Assembly: GCF_006345805.1 (NCBI RefSeq)
Contig: NC_043017.1
Location: forward strand, 10,788,001 to 10,852,000
Direction: 5' to 3'
DNA from: Octopus sinensis
Taxonomy: Eukaryota
Length of the DNA stretch: 64,000 nt
A program made the position numbers and the translations under genes. This document shows positions 39,014 to 51,373 of the stretch, in pieces; the first letter of the stretch is position 1, and every line of letters starts with the position of its first letter. Below the pieces are notes generated by a model. That model worked only from the letters and a program-made list of their open reading frames with translations. It did no database searches and was not told the origin of the DNA.

Positions 39014-40182
39014 TACTGTTCAAACTCCACCAAAGTTGGCTTTGCCTTTCATCCTTTCAGGAGCAATAAAATAAGTACCAGTAATGGTAACCAACTTGTC
39101 TCTTTCCATCAAAATTCCTGGCCTTGTGTCAACCTCAGAAAGAATTATATTACCAAAAGTTTTAAAACTTTGTACTGTGGCCTTTTCTTTTCAGCAGTCT
39201 GGGGTTGTGTTGTAAATTTTGTGACTCATGTACATAATCTCTGTGTTTAATTCTTGGCATTGTCTTGTACAGCTGTTGCACTATTTTGTACACTTGCACC
39301 ATTTTTCTCTTGACGTAAACTTTGAGATAAGAAAGGAAAAAAAAAGGATATGAATTCTGTTTACACTAAAGATGTAAATAAATACATGTACTTAGATGGA
39401 GTCAGCGAATGTCTTCACGGAAATTTAATGTTTGGGGTGAGAAAAACCCTGCTTTCTACAGCATAGAACATGGTGAATTTTAAATGATGATGATGATGAT
39501 GGTGTAGGTAGTGGTGGTGGTGTATGTGTGTTCTCTGTTCTTATATGGGAGTGTATAAGTTCTTGTGTTTTTCTGTGTCTCTGTGTTTATGTGTGTACAT
39601 TTTCTTGCAAGTGTGCGTGTGTTCTTGTGTGTGTGTGTGAGCACATGTGCGTGTGCATGTGTTCTTGTGTGTGTGCGTGTGTTCTTGTGTGTGTGCTTGT
39701 GTGATGCACATATGCTTGTGTTCTTGTGTGTTAATATTTACAGGATGTTAGATTATGTAACATGAAAACACAACTCTACTTTGTTATTTGCCACCTGTGT
39801 AAGATTCCAACCACCTCTGAAGATATCTGCCTATAATTGGCAATTGCGCTGCAGGAGGCTAAACAACATTGATCAGGATGGTGGCAGCAGATCTTTGTTG
39901 TTCGACAACGAGCATTCAGTTACTCCAACTGAATTAAATCATGAATTAATATATATATTAAAAAAAAAAAATATATATCATCATCATCATCATCATCGTT
40001 TAACGTCCGCTTTCCATGCTAGCATGGGTTGGACGGTTCAACTGGGGTCTGGGGAGCTTGAAGGCTGCACCAGGCCAGTCAGATCTGGCAGTGTTTCTAC
40101 AGCTGGATGCCCTTCCTAACGCCAACCACTCTGAGAGTGTAATGGGTGATTTTATGTGCCACCGACACATAAAAAATCAAAA

Positions 40183-40218
<36 letters not shown>

Positions 40219-40219
40219 A

Positions 40220-40257
<38 letters not shown>

Positions 40258-40304
40258 TTGAAAAATACCATAGGAATGAGAACCCAGGTTTGAAATTTCC
40301 CCAA

Positions 40305-40350
40305 GACACCTGATGAAGGCTGGAGGATATATCAGCCGAAATGTTGTGTT
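40305..40350 (+). ncRNA. Minimal hammerhead ribozyme motif, copy 1
   Basis: gacac-CTGATGA-a-ggctg(gaggatatat)cagcc-GAAA-tgtt-gtgtt. Confidence 0.72.
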
Positions 40351-40399
40351 AACAACAAACAAGATGAGGACAAATATCCGTCAAATGTAAATAATGTAT

Positions 40400-40432
<33 letters not shown>

Positions 40433-40437
40433 GATGA

Positions 40438-40478
<41 letters not shown>

Positions 40479-40525
40479 TTGAAAAATACCATAGGAATGA
40501 GAACCCAGGTTTGAAATTTCCCCAA

Positions 40526-40571
40526 GACACCTGATGAAGGCTGGAGGATATATCAGCCGAAATGTTGTGTT
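40526..40571 (+). ncRNA. Minimal hammerhead ribozyme motif, copy 2
   Basis: Identical to 40305-40350. Confidence 0.72.
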
Positions 40572-40617
40572 AACAACAAACAAGATGAGGACAAATATCC
40601 GTCAAATGTAAATAATG

Positions 40618-40648
<31 letters not shown>

Positions 40649-41426
40649 GATGTACTTGTTGCCACTTTTATGACGTGGTTCTTGTGAATTACTTTAGTGT
40701 TGTGCACTAATCATTGTGTGATATACAATACTGCTGAACAGGATAGACGCTAACTGTCTCCACTTGATGTATTCCCAAATACTCTGCCAACAAACGTAAC
40801 AAACCCAAAACAACTCTCAAAAAAACTATCACAACTTCTCAACAATTTCCTGCAACTCCACGAATTCACGAACGACATCTTTCGACTTCCTGTGATTTTT
40901 CATCTCTCTGTCAAGCATGCTGCTACTTATACGAGTATTGGCTAGTCCATTCTCACCATAACACACACATACACATGATAGTTTTTCCACAGAGTTTCCC
41001 TTTACCAAATCCACTGACAAGGCTTTGGTCAGCCCAGGGGTTATAAAAGAAGACATTTGAACAAGGTGCGGTACAGTGGGACTGAACTTTTAACCATACA
41101 GTTGCAAAATGAGCTTTTTTACTACACAACCACGCCAACACTTGTGTCAGCTTATATATGTTTTCTGTTTTCAAATCATGCTTTTGACCTTAGAACGAAA
41201 GCCAGAGGTTATTTGAGAACCAATTTAGCAGTTTCAGAATGTGAATACAGTTATTGAATGATAGAATTTCCTTTGACCTCAACAAGTGGTAGAATTACTT
41301 GTAGAATGTTAATAATACTTTCAATGGTTTTAACACGAGTGTCAGAAACACTAGTGGTTGTGGTGGTGGCGGCAGCAGTTGTACTGGTAGTAGTGTTGGT
41401 GGTGGTGTTGGTAGTGGTGGTCATAG

Positions 41427-41840
41427 GCGGCGAGCTGGCAGAAACGTTAGCACACCGGGCGAAATGCTTAACGGTATTTCGTCTGCCGTAACGTTGTGAG
41501 TTTAAATTCCGCCGAGGTTGACTTTGCCTTTTGTCCTTTCGGGGTCGATAAATTAAGTACCAGTTACGCACTGGGGTCAATGTAATTGATTTAATACCTA
41601 TGTCTGTCCTTGTTTGTCCCCTCTATGTTTAGCCCCTTGTGGGTAATAAAGAAATAGGTATTTCGTCTGCCGTAAGGTTGTGAGTTCAAATTCCGCCGAG
41701 GTCGACTTTGCCTTTCATCCTTTCGGGGTCGATAAATTAAGTACCAGTTACGCACTGGGATCAATGTAATCGACTTAATACCTATGTCTGTCCTTGTTTG
41801 TCCCTTTTGTGTTTAGCCCCTTGTGGGTAATAAAGAAATA
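41427..41840 (+). mobile_element. SINE family B tandem dimer with 17-bp TSD
   Basis: TSD ggtagtggtggtcatag at 41410-41426 and 41841-41857. Second unit starts ggtatttcg. Confidence 0.88.
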
Positions 41841-42150
41841 GGTAGTGGTGGTCATAGATCTCAATTGTTTGCTGACAAGGATTCAGTTGTCTAATCAACT
41901 AAATTCCCTGAATTGACTTATTTTAGATTCTTAAATGGGATGGTCAAAACTGGAACATCTTTGATCACAGATCTACTGAATTGGGTTTAACCTGGTACCA
42001 AGCAAGAACAAAAACAGCTTAATTGGTCGAACAATTATGTACTTAGTAGCCCTGCACTACCACTGCATACATTTTTATTACAAATTTAGCCCACCGCCTA
42101 GTTTGTTCCTGTTTATTCAGTTCTTCACTTTTTGTCCTTAATCTTTTCAG

Positions 42151-42283
42151 GTCTCCATTTGAAGGGATGTGTGACCTACAGATATTTCGCAAGTCAATTG
42201 TGAAGTTAGGACTTCAGTTATTGGACATCTCCCTTCCCTGTAAGAATAAACTTCAAGATTATGAAAATACCATGTTGAAATCT
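42151..42283 (+). CDS. CNKSR: CNK exon C (CRIC domain)
   Basis: Acceptor cttttcag, donor gtgagt. Completes the R codon (cg|g), then SPFEGMCDLQIFRKSIVKLGLQLLDISLPCKNKLQDYENTMLKS, giving the WLDRSPF motif. Confidence 0.93.
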
Positions 42284-42475
42284 GTGAGTATATATCTATA
42301 TGCATACATGTCTGGGTTATGCTTTTATTCCCATACAGGTTTTTATGGGCTTTTATTCATCAGTCTAGGGCCATGGCGGCATACCACTTTCAAGAGTTTC
42401 TAACAATTTGTAATAACCCACCGGTTTAGCAGTCTGTATTGAAGAGACTTCATTAACTGATATATATATATATAT

Positions 42476-42659
42476 ATCCACATCCAGTGTATATATATAT
42501 ATATCATCATCATCATCGTTTAACGTTTGCTTTCCATGCTGGCATGGGTTGGACGATTTTTTTTTCAGCCCTCAGTCAAAATTGTCCAACCTATGCCAGC
42601 ATAGAAAGCGGACGTTAAATGATGATGATGATATAAATATATATACACTGGATGTGGAT
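42476..42659. repeat. Fold-back inverted duplication of a SINE-C tail plus unique flank
   Basis: atccacatccagtgtatata...ggttggacgatttt pairs with aaaattgtccaacc...tatatacactggatgtggat. Confidence 0.88.
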
Positions 42660-43820
42660 GGTATTTGAGGATAGATTTATGATTTAAAAAAACATAATAA
42701 CAGAAAAAAAATTGTATTTTTATAAAAATAACATAAGCATGAAACTAAATAACCAATTTAATAATTTCATCTAATAAAACCATCATAAGCATCAATAACT
42801 ACCTCTTTGCGGGGTCAAAATTGTGTACAAGCTCAGATTAAGTGGTCCTTCTTCACATCAGACATGATTCGAACAATGGCGGCTTTCAAAAAGTTTTGGT
42901 GCTACGGATGTGTTCATTGACATTTTTCTCAATGATGTGTCATACATAATAGTCCAGTAAATTGAGATCTGGAAAATTAGGAGGCCAAATGTTGGGGGTG
43001 ATGTGTGATCATGCAAATTGTCAGCCATCCTTTCTTTTGTCATTTGAGCTTTGAATGATGGTGCAGAATCTTGTTAAAAGGCTTTCCATTGCATACGTTG
43101 TTGATCCAAGAGACCAACAAAACTCCTTGTAACACCAAAGATGAATTGAAGCTAAGGATTATGGCAGCATTCACTAAGTTATACAAGGAGGCTGTCCAGA
43201 AGAGTTGCAGGAAATACCAAATTTGTCTGGAAGCCATTCTTGAAGCCAATGGCAATTTTATTGAATAAATTTACTCTTCAGTGGTGAATGTATATGTTAA
43301 AATGAGATGTCAGTGTTATTTTCATTTTTGCATAATTTAGGTGACAATATATTCACCATACTATGGTAGTTGATAATTGATTTAGATGTATTTCTCCATT
43401 TTCTTATTTTGTATTATTAATTTGTGGTAAAACATTTTACCTTTGCCCATATAATACAGTAAATGAATTAATTGCATCGCAATTCTTAACATTTATGTAT
43501 TAACTTTGTTGGGTACTTCACTAGCAGTATATTGGATATATGTTATCCCATGGAGGGTTGCATTTACAACCCCTATCTCAATTTGTTCACCATACTACAT
43601 ATATATGTGTGTGTGTCAGGAAGCTCTTGTGTGCTACTGGTAACATGTGAACCAGTAACAACCTGTTGTAGGGTCAAGCTGTTGGTGACTAAGTCAGAAA
43701 CACTACCAAGCCTGTGGAGTCAGTTGGCTTTTCGACACCCTGTAGGATGGAAAGCAAGACCCACCAAAGTGTGGATGACCTTGAGGGAATCAGCAACCAT
43801 CCTATTGTGTGATATATATA

Positions 43821-43852
<32 letters not shown>

Positions 43853-44139
43853 ACGTGCATGCTTGTGCATGTGTACACACACGAAAATGTCTGGTTTAGC
43901 CTACCAGGGTAGATTTGACTCTATTCCAGTGTGAAGGCAACAAACCCAAGAGATGAAGAATTCTAATTGAAAAGCCCGAGTTAAGTATGTGGCAAATATT
44001 CACACCAAATTTCTGTTGTCAGCCAAAAGGTGTTGTTGCATCTAAACAAGTCTTCACTATCGAGAAAAAACCCCATCTGCATTGGTGGTCTAACAGGTAG
44101 CCTATTGGCTGTTAAATCTTCTCATGTCAAAGCTAACCC

Positions 44140-44174
<35 letters not shown>

Positions 44175-44265
44175 AATATGACTTAAAAGTAGTTTGAGGT
44201 ATATAAACAAAATTAAACACATGTGTTGTGTATGTGTGTTCGATTTTGTGTGTGTGTGTATGTGT

Positions 44266-45167
44266 ATCTACTACATATGTGGGAAATTCTGTCTGGATGT
44301 GTTTGTGGAGTTGTTAGCTAACTCCTCCTACATAGTTTTATCGATTTTGATGAAATATGACACGTGAGTAGAACTCATGTCTGGAAACCACATGGCATAC
44401 TCAGATTGTTTAAAAAATCGATTAAAGGGCCCTGGAAGGGATCCTTATATATATCTAATGCATTTCATTTTAACAGTCAAGGGAAATAACCCATTTGCCC
44501 AGATTTTAACAGCCAAGGGAAATAACCCATTCAATTTTCTTGATTCATTTGGTATAAATCAAATTGAGTGTGCTTATTTCTTAGTATTTGAACCGTTAGT
44601 TATTTTCGCAATTTATCCAGTACAACCCTTAAACAAGGAAATAGTATTTTCCTAAACAATAGATCCACTTATTTCGGTTAGTGACTTATTCACGAATATA
44701 CCAACACTAGTGCTGCTGAGGGTAATATTCTCTGAGAACACACAAAAGCCCTTTTCAGAGTTATTCACTTTGAACTATTATTATTTCATATCTGATTAGC
44801 CTGTTATTACGTAACATGCTTCATGATTTTAGTGTGCATACCCTATTAGTATTTCCTCCCAAGTTCTATATACTCTGGGAACACATTAAAGCTCTTTTCG
44901 GGGCTACTTTATTTGAATTCTTTCTATCGGGTAACTAATTTCATGTTATTACATAACTGACTTCACAATTTGGGTATTCATAACTTATTGGGAATTCCTA
45001 AAAACAAGATCCTGTGTAAGACAGTTCGGTATTCTCTGTAAATGCACAAAAACTGTTTTAAGGGCTACATACTTTGTATTGTTGTTATTGGATTAGCGAA
45101 ACAATTATGAGAACAGAACCAAGGGATAAGCCCTACTTCCCGGGAATTACTGGGCTACGTCAGCTGG

Positions 45168-45169
<2 letters not shown>
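44266..45169 (+). mobile_element. Helentron/DINE-1-like non-autonomous element
   Basis: 5' atctactacatat...tctgtctggatgtg...tcgattttgatgaaa; 3' hairpin cccgggaattactggg then agctggt. Confidence 0.55.
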
Positions 45170-45232
<63 letters not shown>

Positions 45233-45314
45233 CACACACACATATGTATGTATATATGATATCACTAAATCCACAAGTTTTTTTTATTCTCTCTCTATTT
45301 ATTTTCTTTTATTC

Positions 45315-45350
45315 CTTTCTGTTGAAGAGCATAGGCTCGAAACATAAAAG
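45315..45350 (+). ncRNA. Minimal hammerhead-like motif (A6U core variant)
   Basis: cttt-CTGTTGA-a-gagc(atag)gctc-GAAAC-ata-aaag, followed by the same kind of pLTR-like tail as at 1-110 and 470-560. Confidence 0.6.
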
Positions 45351-46175
45351 ACGTTCTCACTTTCCCGAGTGTGAAACTGATATACCTGCTTATTGTTCAT
45401 TACTCCTGTCTTTATTTTTTATTTTTCTGTAAATTTCAACTAAATATATATTGCTGAACTGCTAAGTAACAGGGATGTAAAAAATTTGCAACATCAGTTG
45501 TCAAGCAGTGATGGAAGGAAAACAAAGACACACACACATACACACAATGGGCTTCTTTCAGTTTCCATCTTTCAAATCCACTCACAATGCTTTGGTTGAC
45601 CTGGGGCCATGGTAGAAGACACTTGCCCAAGGTGCCATGCAGTGGGACTGAACCTAGAACAGTGTGGTTGGGAATTTTTTTCTTTGTTCTGCATAAGCCC
45701 AGACTTGGCTGTGTGGTTAAGAAGCTTGCATTGCTTTAATGTGGTTTAGAGTTCAGTCCCACTGCATGGAGCCTTGGGCAAATGTCTTTTACAAAAACTC
45801 CTGGGCAATCAGTGCCTTGTGAATGAATTTGGTGGATGGAAACTGGAAGCCCATTGTAACACATATTTATATACGTGTTTATTTATATACTTGTGTTTTT
45901 CTCTCACCACTGCTTAACAAATGGTGTTGGTTTGTTTACGTCCCCAGAACTTAAGAAGTACAGCAAAAGATACCACCTTAAAAAAAAAATTAAAACTCTA
46001 GTTAATTTGTTCAACGGAAACTCTTCAAGGCAATGCTCCAGTATGGGCATAGTCCAATGATTGAAACAAGAGACATTAAAAGAACCAATGAAAATTTGTT
46101 TGAAAGAAAAACTGAGAATCTCTTTCAATTGATTATTGGTTATTGATCACTTATTGACCAATATTGTTGTTTCAG

Positions 46176-46295
46176 TGTGCATCTCTAGCAACTATTTGTG
46201 ATGAAATTGTGACTAAGTCAAAAGATCCTTTAGAATTCCAACCAGCTTCCTTGGAACTTGCTACCATTACGAAGAAACCAGATGAAAAAACATTG
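46176..46295 (+). CDS. CNKSR: CNK exon D (CRIC end, linker, PDZ start)
   Basis: Acceptor gtttcag, donor gtaagt. 120 nt encoding CASLATICDEIVTKSKDPLEFQPASLELATITKKPDEKTL, similar to the CNK C..L..(V/I)CD.I...S.DPL..Q.A.LE pattern. Confidence 0.92.
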
Positions 46296-46368
46296 GTAAG
46301 TGCATCAAACCTTGTCTCTTTATTTTGACTAAAAAAATTTTTCTCATTCTATTTCATTATCGTTTTAA

Positions 46369-46896
46369 CCCTTTAGCATTCAATCTGGCTATATCCAGCC
46401 AAAATATAATAATAATAATAATGAAATTGTTGTATGCAGTGCTCAGGTGCACCACAACAAAATAAATGTGCCCTTTTAAAGCCTAGCCAGGCTCAATGGG
46501 CCCAATTTCCCGGTTTCAATGTCATATGTGTTTCCCAGCTGGACAGGACGCCAGTCCATCATAGCGTTACTCATTTTTGCCTGCTGAGTGGACTGGAGCA
46601 ACGTGACATGAAGTGCTTTGCTCAAGAACACAATGCATCGCCCGGTTCAGGAATCGAAACCACAATCTTACGATCATGATGCTGACACCCTAACCATTAA
46701 GCCACGCGCCTCCACATTTTACCTGTTTTATGTTTACACTGGCCAGATCTGGCCTCTCACACCTATCCTACAATGTCATTCTGAGAAAAATATCTTGAAG
46801 TTATTAGATAATGCATATGAGATAACCCAGGATTAATTTGAAATCATTTGAATAAGTAAGGATTAGATTTGACAGAGTAATCTGAATGCGAAAGGG
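46369..46896. mobile_element. piggyBac-type MITE with a nested minus-strand tRNA-SINE (about 46455-46713)
   Basis: TTAA-ccctttagcattc ... gaatgcgaaaggg-TTAA. The SINE carries a V-domain-like gatggactggcgtcctgtccag. Confidence 0.75.
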
Positions 46897-48404
46897 TTAA
46901 AGGTCCACTAATCCATGCTTTTAGCAAATGTTGTCTAGGCAATGGGCTGTGAGTACAGGTCAGTGACAAGGTCCAGTGGGTCCAAAATGCATCTGGCATT
47001 CTTGCTAGCCATTGCTGGGATGATTTTTTTGTCTTCTCATCATCTTCCCACATCTATTTTCCATGCTGGCATGGGTTAGACAATTTGACAAGAGCTAGCA
47101 AGGCAAAGAGCTATATCAAGCTCTTGTGTCTCCTTTGGCATAGTTTCTACTGTTGGATGCCCTTCTTAATGCTAACCACTAATGCCAACCCAGTGCTCTG
47201 GGTGCTTTTTCTTGTGACACCAGCACCAGCTGGGTCACTCCAATATAAATTGTGTTTTTAAATGCAGCACATCTTTAAGACGTGTTACATTGGAGGCAAC
47301 AAATCTCGTCTAGGCATTTTGTTGTGAGTACACATAATCAAGGCCCTACAAAGCCAAAATGCATTGAGTGTACCTGAACTGGTGCCATGTACAAAGCACC
47401 CATGTTGGTGCCATGTAAAAAGCACCCAGTCCACTCTGTAATGTGTTTGGCATTAGGAAGGGCATCCAGCCATAGAAACTAAGTAAAAACAGACAATTGG
47501 ACCCTGGTGCAGCTCCTGTCAAAGTGTCCAACCCTATGCCAACATGGAAAATAGACGTTGAGCAATCGAAAGTGGAGGGAGGAAGGGGTCAGGGGCCACA
47601 CACTCCAGAACAAAATCAGGATAATGATGGCCAGTCTGAGAAATGAGCTTTGGAAGGTGGAGTGATTGCTGCCGTGAGTGTCGTCGGCCATTCTCCACAG
47701 CAATGTTATCACAGTCATGACTGCAGGATGTCTCTCACATATTGACCTGCATACTTAGGTTTTAAATTCTATCAGCATCTTTTGCCAAACCACTAAGTTA
47801 TGAGGACATAAACACCAGTTGTTAAGCACTGGGACGTTGGTGGTGGTGGTGGAGACACACACAAACAAATGTATACAATGGGCTTCTATACAGTTTCCAT
47901 TTACTAGTGGAACTGGTTGGCTTGATGTTGTAGTTGCAGATACTTGCCCAAGGTACCACACAGAACACTTTAGTTGCAAAATCTCAGCATAACCATGTAG
48001 TTAAGAAGCTTGTTTCCTATCAGTTGGTCCTGGGTTCAATCTCACTGCATGGCAACTTATACTATAGCCTCAGTGCCAACCAAGCCTAATCAGTGGATTT
48101 TCTAGATGGAAACTGAAAGAAGCCTAATGCATATGCATATGTATGTGTGTGTGTGTGTGTGTGTGTGTTTACATCCCTATAACTTTGTGGCTTGGCCAAA
48201 AGAGATCGATAGAATAAGTACTGGGTTCAATTTGTTCGACTAAGCCAGTAAAGGCGGTACCCCAGCAGGGCCACAGTCTTATGACTGAAACAAGAATGTA
48301 TTGTGACCCAAATTATTTGAATGTTTGAATATTCTTCTCATTACTAATTTTGGTGATTTTTGTCATTGTTACAAAATTAACGACTGCATTGTGTGTGCGT
48401 GTGC

Positions 48405-48436
<32 letters not shown>

Positions 48437-48485
48437 AATGTTTAATTCGTTTAATTAATCACTGATTGTCTCTGTCCTATTTCAG

Positions 48486-48542
48486 GGCCTTCACATTGTG
48501 TCTTATCATGGCATCCATGTTATTGGGGACATCAAGGAACTG
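48486..48542 (+). CDS. CNKSR: CNK exon E (PDZ domain)
   Basis: Acceptor tatttcag, donor gtaagt. 57 nt encoding GLHIVSYHGIHVIGDIKEL; forms the PDZ loop TL|GLHI with exon D. Confidence 0.9.
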
Positions 48543-48642
48543 GTAAGTCACATATCGAATTTCTAAGAACAACACACCACCGCCACCATCGCCAACACTG
48601 CAGTCGCAAAACTGTTAACACTACCACTACAATTTGATTACT

Positions 48643-49580
48643 ACTGTCACCACAACAGCACTGGTACTATACCATCAACACTGTCACCACAACAGCACTG
48701 GTACTATACCATCAACACTGTCACCACAACAGCACTGGTGCTATACCATCAACACTGTCACCACAACAGCACTGGTACTATACCATCAACACTGTCACCG
48801 CAACAGCACTGATACTATACCATCAACACTGTCACCACAACAGCACTGGTACTATACCATCAACACTGTCACCGCAACAGCACTGGTACTATACAATCAA
48901 CACTGTCACCACAACAGCACTGGTACTATACCATCAACACTGTCACCACAACAGCACTGGTACTATACCATCAACACTGTCACCACAACAGCACTGGTAC
49001 TATACCATCAACACTGTCACCACAACAGCACTGGTACTATACCATCAACACTGTCACCACAACAGCACTGGTACTATACCATCAACACTGTCACCACAAC
49101 AGCACTGGTACTATACCATCAACACTGTCACCACAACAGCACTGGTACTATACCATCATCACTGACACCACAACAGCACTGGTACTATACCATCAACACT
49201 GTCACCGCAACAGCACTGGTACTATACCATCAACACTGTCACTGCAACAGCACTGGTACTATACCATCAGCTCTGTCACCGCAACAGCACTGGTACTATA
49301 CCATCAACACTGTCACCACAACAGCACTGGTACTATACCATCAACACTGTCACCACAACAGCACTGGTACTATACCATCAACACTCACCACAACAGCACT
49401 GGTACTATACCATCAACACTGTCACCGCAACAGCACTGGTACTATACCATCAACACTGTCACCACAACAGCACTGGTACTATACCATCAACACTGTCACC
49501 GCAACAGCACTGGTACTATACCATCAACACTGTCACCACAACAGCACTGGTACTATACCATCAACACTATCACCGCAACA
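48643..49580. repeat. 37-bp minisatellite, about 25 copies
   Basis: Unit ctgtcaccacaacagcactggtactataccatcaaca. Confidence 0.97.
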
Positions 49581-49999
49581 CCACCATCACTGCAGCCACT
49601 ACACCACGGGCATTGCAAGCACAACGTCACCAACGCTACCACTGCAGCACCAATAACACTACAATCACTACCCTACTACTACCAACACTGCCACCTCAAC
49701 ACCACACTGTCACCTATACTACTACTACTACCACTGGAACAATTATATTAGTTAGAACCTACTCTCTGAATATTTGCTCGACCCGTCGAATGCCACATTT
49801 TAAATATCCAGTTGTTCTGACACGATTGTCTCCCTTGCATAAATCCACTTCGGTGAGCAGCAATAACACTTGAGCTTTACTTGTCTTTAATAAAGCTTTT
49901 CACTGGCTGATTCGAAGACAAGTTTTGCCATTTCCCACTTTTTATTCGTGTGTGTGTGTGTTTGCTAGATATTTTTTATGCCTTTACTAACTATTCATA

Positions 50000-50379
50000 G
50001 GCGCAGGAGTGGCCGTGTGGTAAGTAGCTTGCTTACCGACCACATGGTTCTGGGTTCAGTCCCACTGCATGGCACCTTGGGCAAGTGTCTTCTACTATAG
50101 CCTCAGGACGACAAAGCCTTGTGAGTGGATTTGGTAGACGGAAACTGAAAGAAGCCCGTTGTATATATGTATATATTTGTGTGTATGTGTTTGTCCCTCC
50201 AACATCGCTTGACAACCGATGATGGTATGTTTACGTCCCTGTAACTTAGCAGTTTGGCAAAAGATACCGATAGAATAAGTACTAGGCTTCCCAAGAATAA
50301 GTCCTGGGGTTGATTTGCTCGGCTAAAGGCAGTGCTCCAGCATGGCCGCAGTCAGATGATTGAAACAAGTAAAAGAGTA
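50000..50379 (+). mobile_element. SINE family A
   Basis: Full-length match to family A. Confidence 0.85.
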
Positions 50380-50404
50380 TTCAGTTTTTCTCCTCCCACA
50401 CATA

Positions 50405-51373
50405 CATGATACACGATCTAAAGATCACATTAGACGTGTCTTACTCTGAGTTTCATAAATGTATCAATGCAAGGACAGCAGCAAAGTCTCTTCAGAAAGT
50501 TTGTGGGGATGATATAGTGAGTGAAAGAAGGTGATGGTGTTCTCACTTCAGAAGTGGGGATCTGAGTTTTAAATACGAGCCAAAAGAAGGTCGTTCAAAA
50601 CAACTTGATTCCGAAGAGTTGGAAGCTGTTGTCACAGAAAACCCAACTGCTACTTGTAGAGAACTTGCAGAACAGTTTAACGTAGCCCATACAACCGTTG
50701 TAGACCAGAATCGGAAAGGTTTCAGTGGTTGGAAAATGGGTCCTGCATGAACTGTCTCCAAAGAATCCTCAACAGCATGTTGTTTGTTGTCAGGCATTGC
50801 TTTCACGAGACTTCAAGGAACCGTTTTTAGGAAGGCTTGTTATAGGTGATGAGAAGTGGATACTTTACCATGACATTAAGTGCCGCCAGTCGTGGATCAG
50901 TCGAGGAGGAAGACCTGTTCAACAACCAAGAGGAGGACTTCATCTAAGGAAGATCATGTTGAGTGTATGGTGGAATATTGAAGGAATTGTTCCATCGTTT
51001 CAAAGCTGCTTTGAACAGAAAGCAACCCTGCTTAGTCAACAGAAAGGGTGTCATCTACCATCATGATAATGCTCATCCTCACACATCTCGACTGACCAAA
51101 GATCTCATGGAAGAGCTTGGTTGGGAAATATTCCTTCATCCTCCTTATTCTCCAGACCTTGCTCCTTCTGATTATCACTTGTTTCAGGGGCTACAGAACC
51201 ATTTGAATGGTCTTTGGTTGACATCAAGAGAGGAGGCTGAAAATAAGTTGGATTCATACTTCGCATCAAAACATAAAAAATTTTACAAACGTGGCATTTA
51301 TAAGCTTGTTGACAGATGGAAGGAAGTTCTAGAAAACAATGGAAATTATGTTAACGAAGAAAAATTGTCTTAA
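50405..51373 (+). pseudogene. Decayed mariner (DD34D) transposase
   Basis: WVLHEL, GDEKW, KIMLSVWW, HHDNAHPH and HPPYSPDLAPSDYHLF motifs across frameshifts. Confidence 0.92.

Larger units (their letters stand above)
40213..40620 (+). repeat. 221-bp tandem dimer, each unit carrying a hammerhead motif
   Basis: Unit atgatgacctgaat(aat)n...aaatgtaaataatgta starts at 40213 and 40431; hammerhead motifs are 221 bp apart. Confidence 0.9.

Noticed and set aside
48634-49656. 340-aa ORF
   Set aside because: Translation of a 37-bp intronic minisatellite, with a non-ATG start and no domain.
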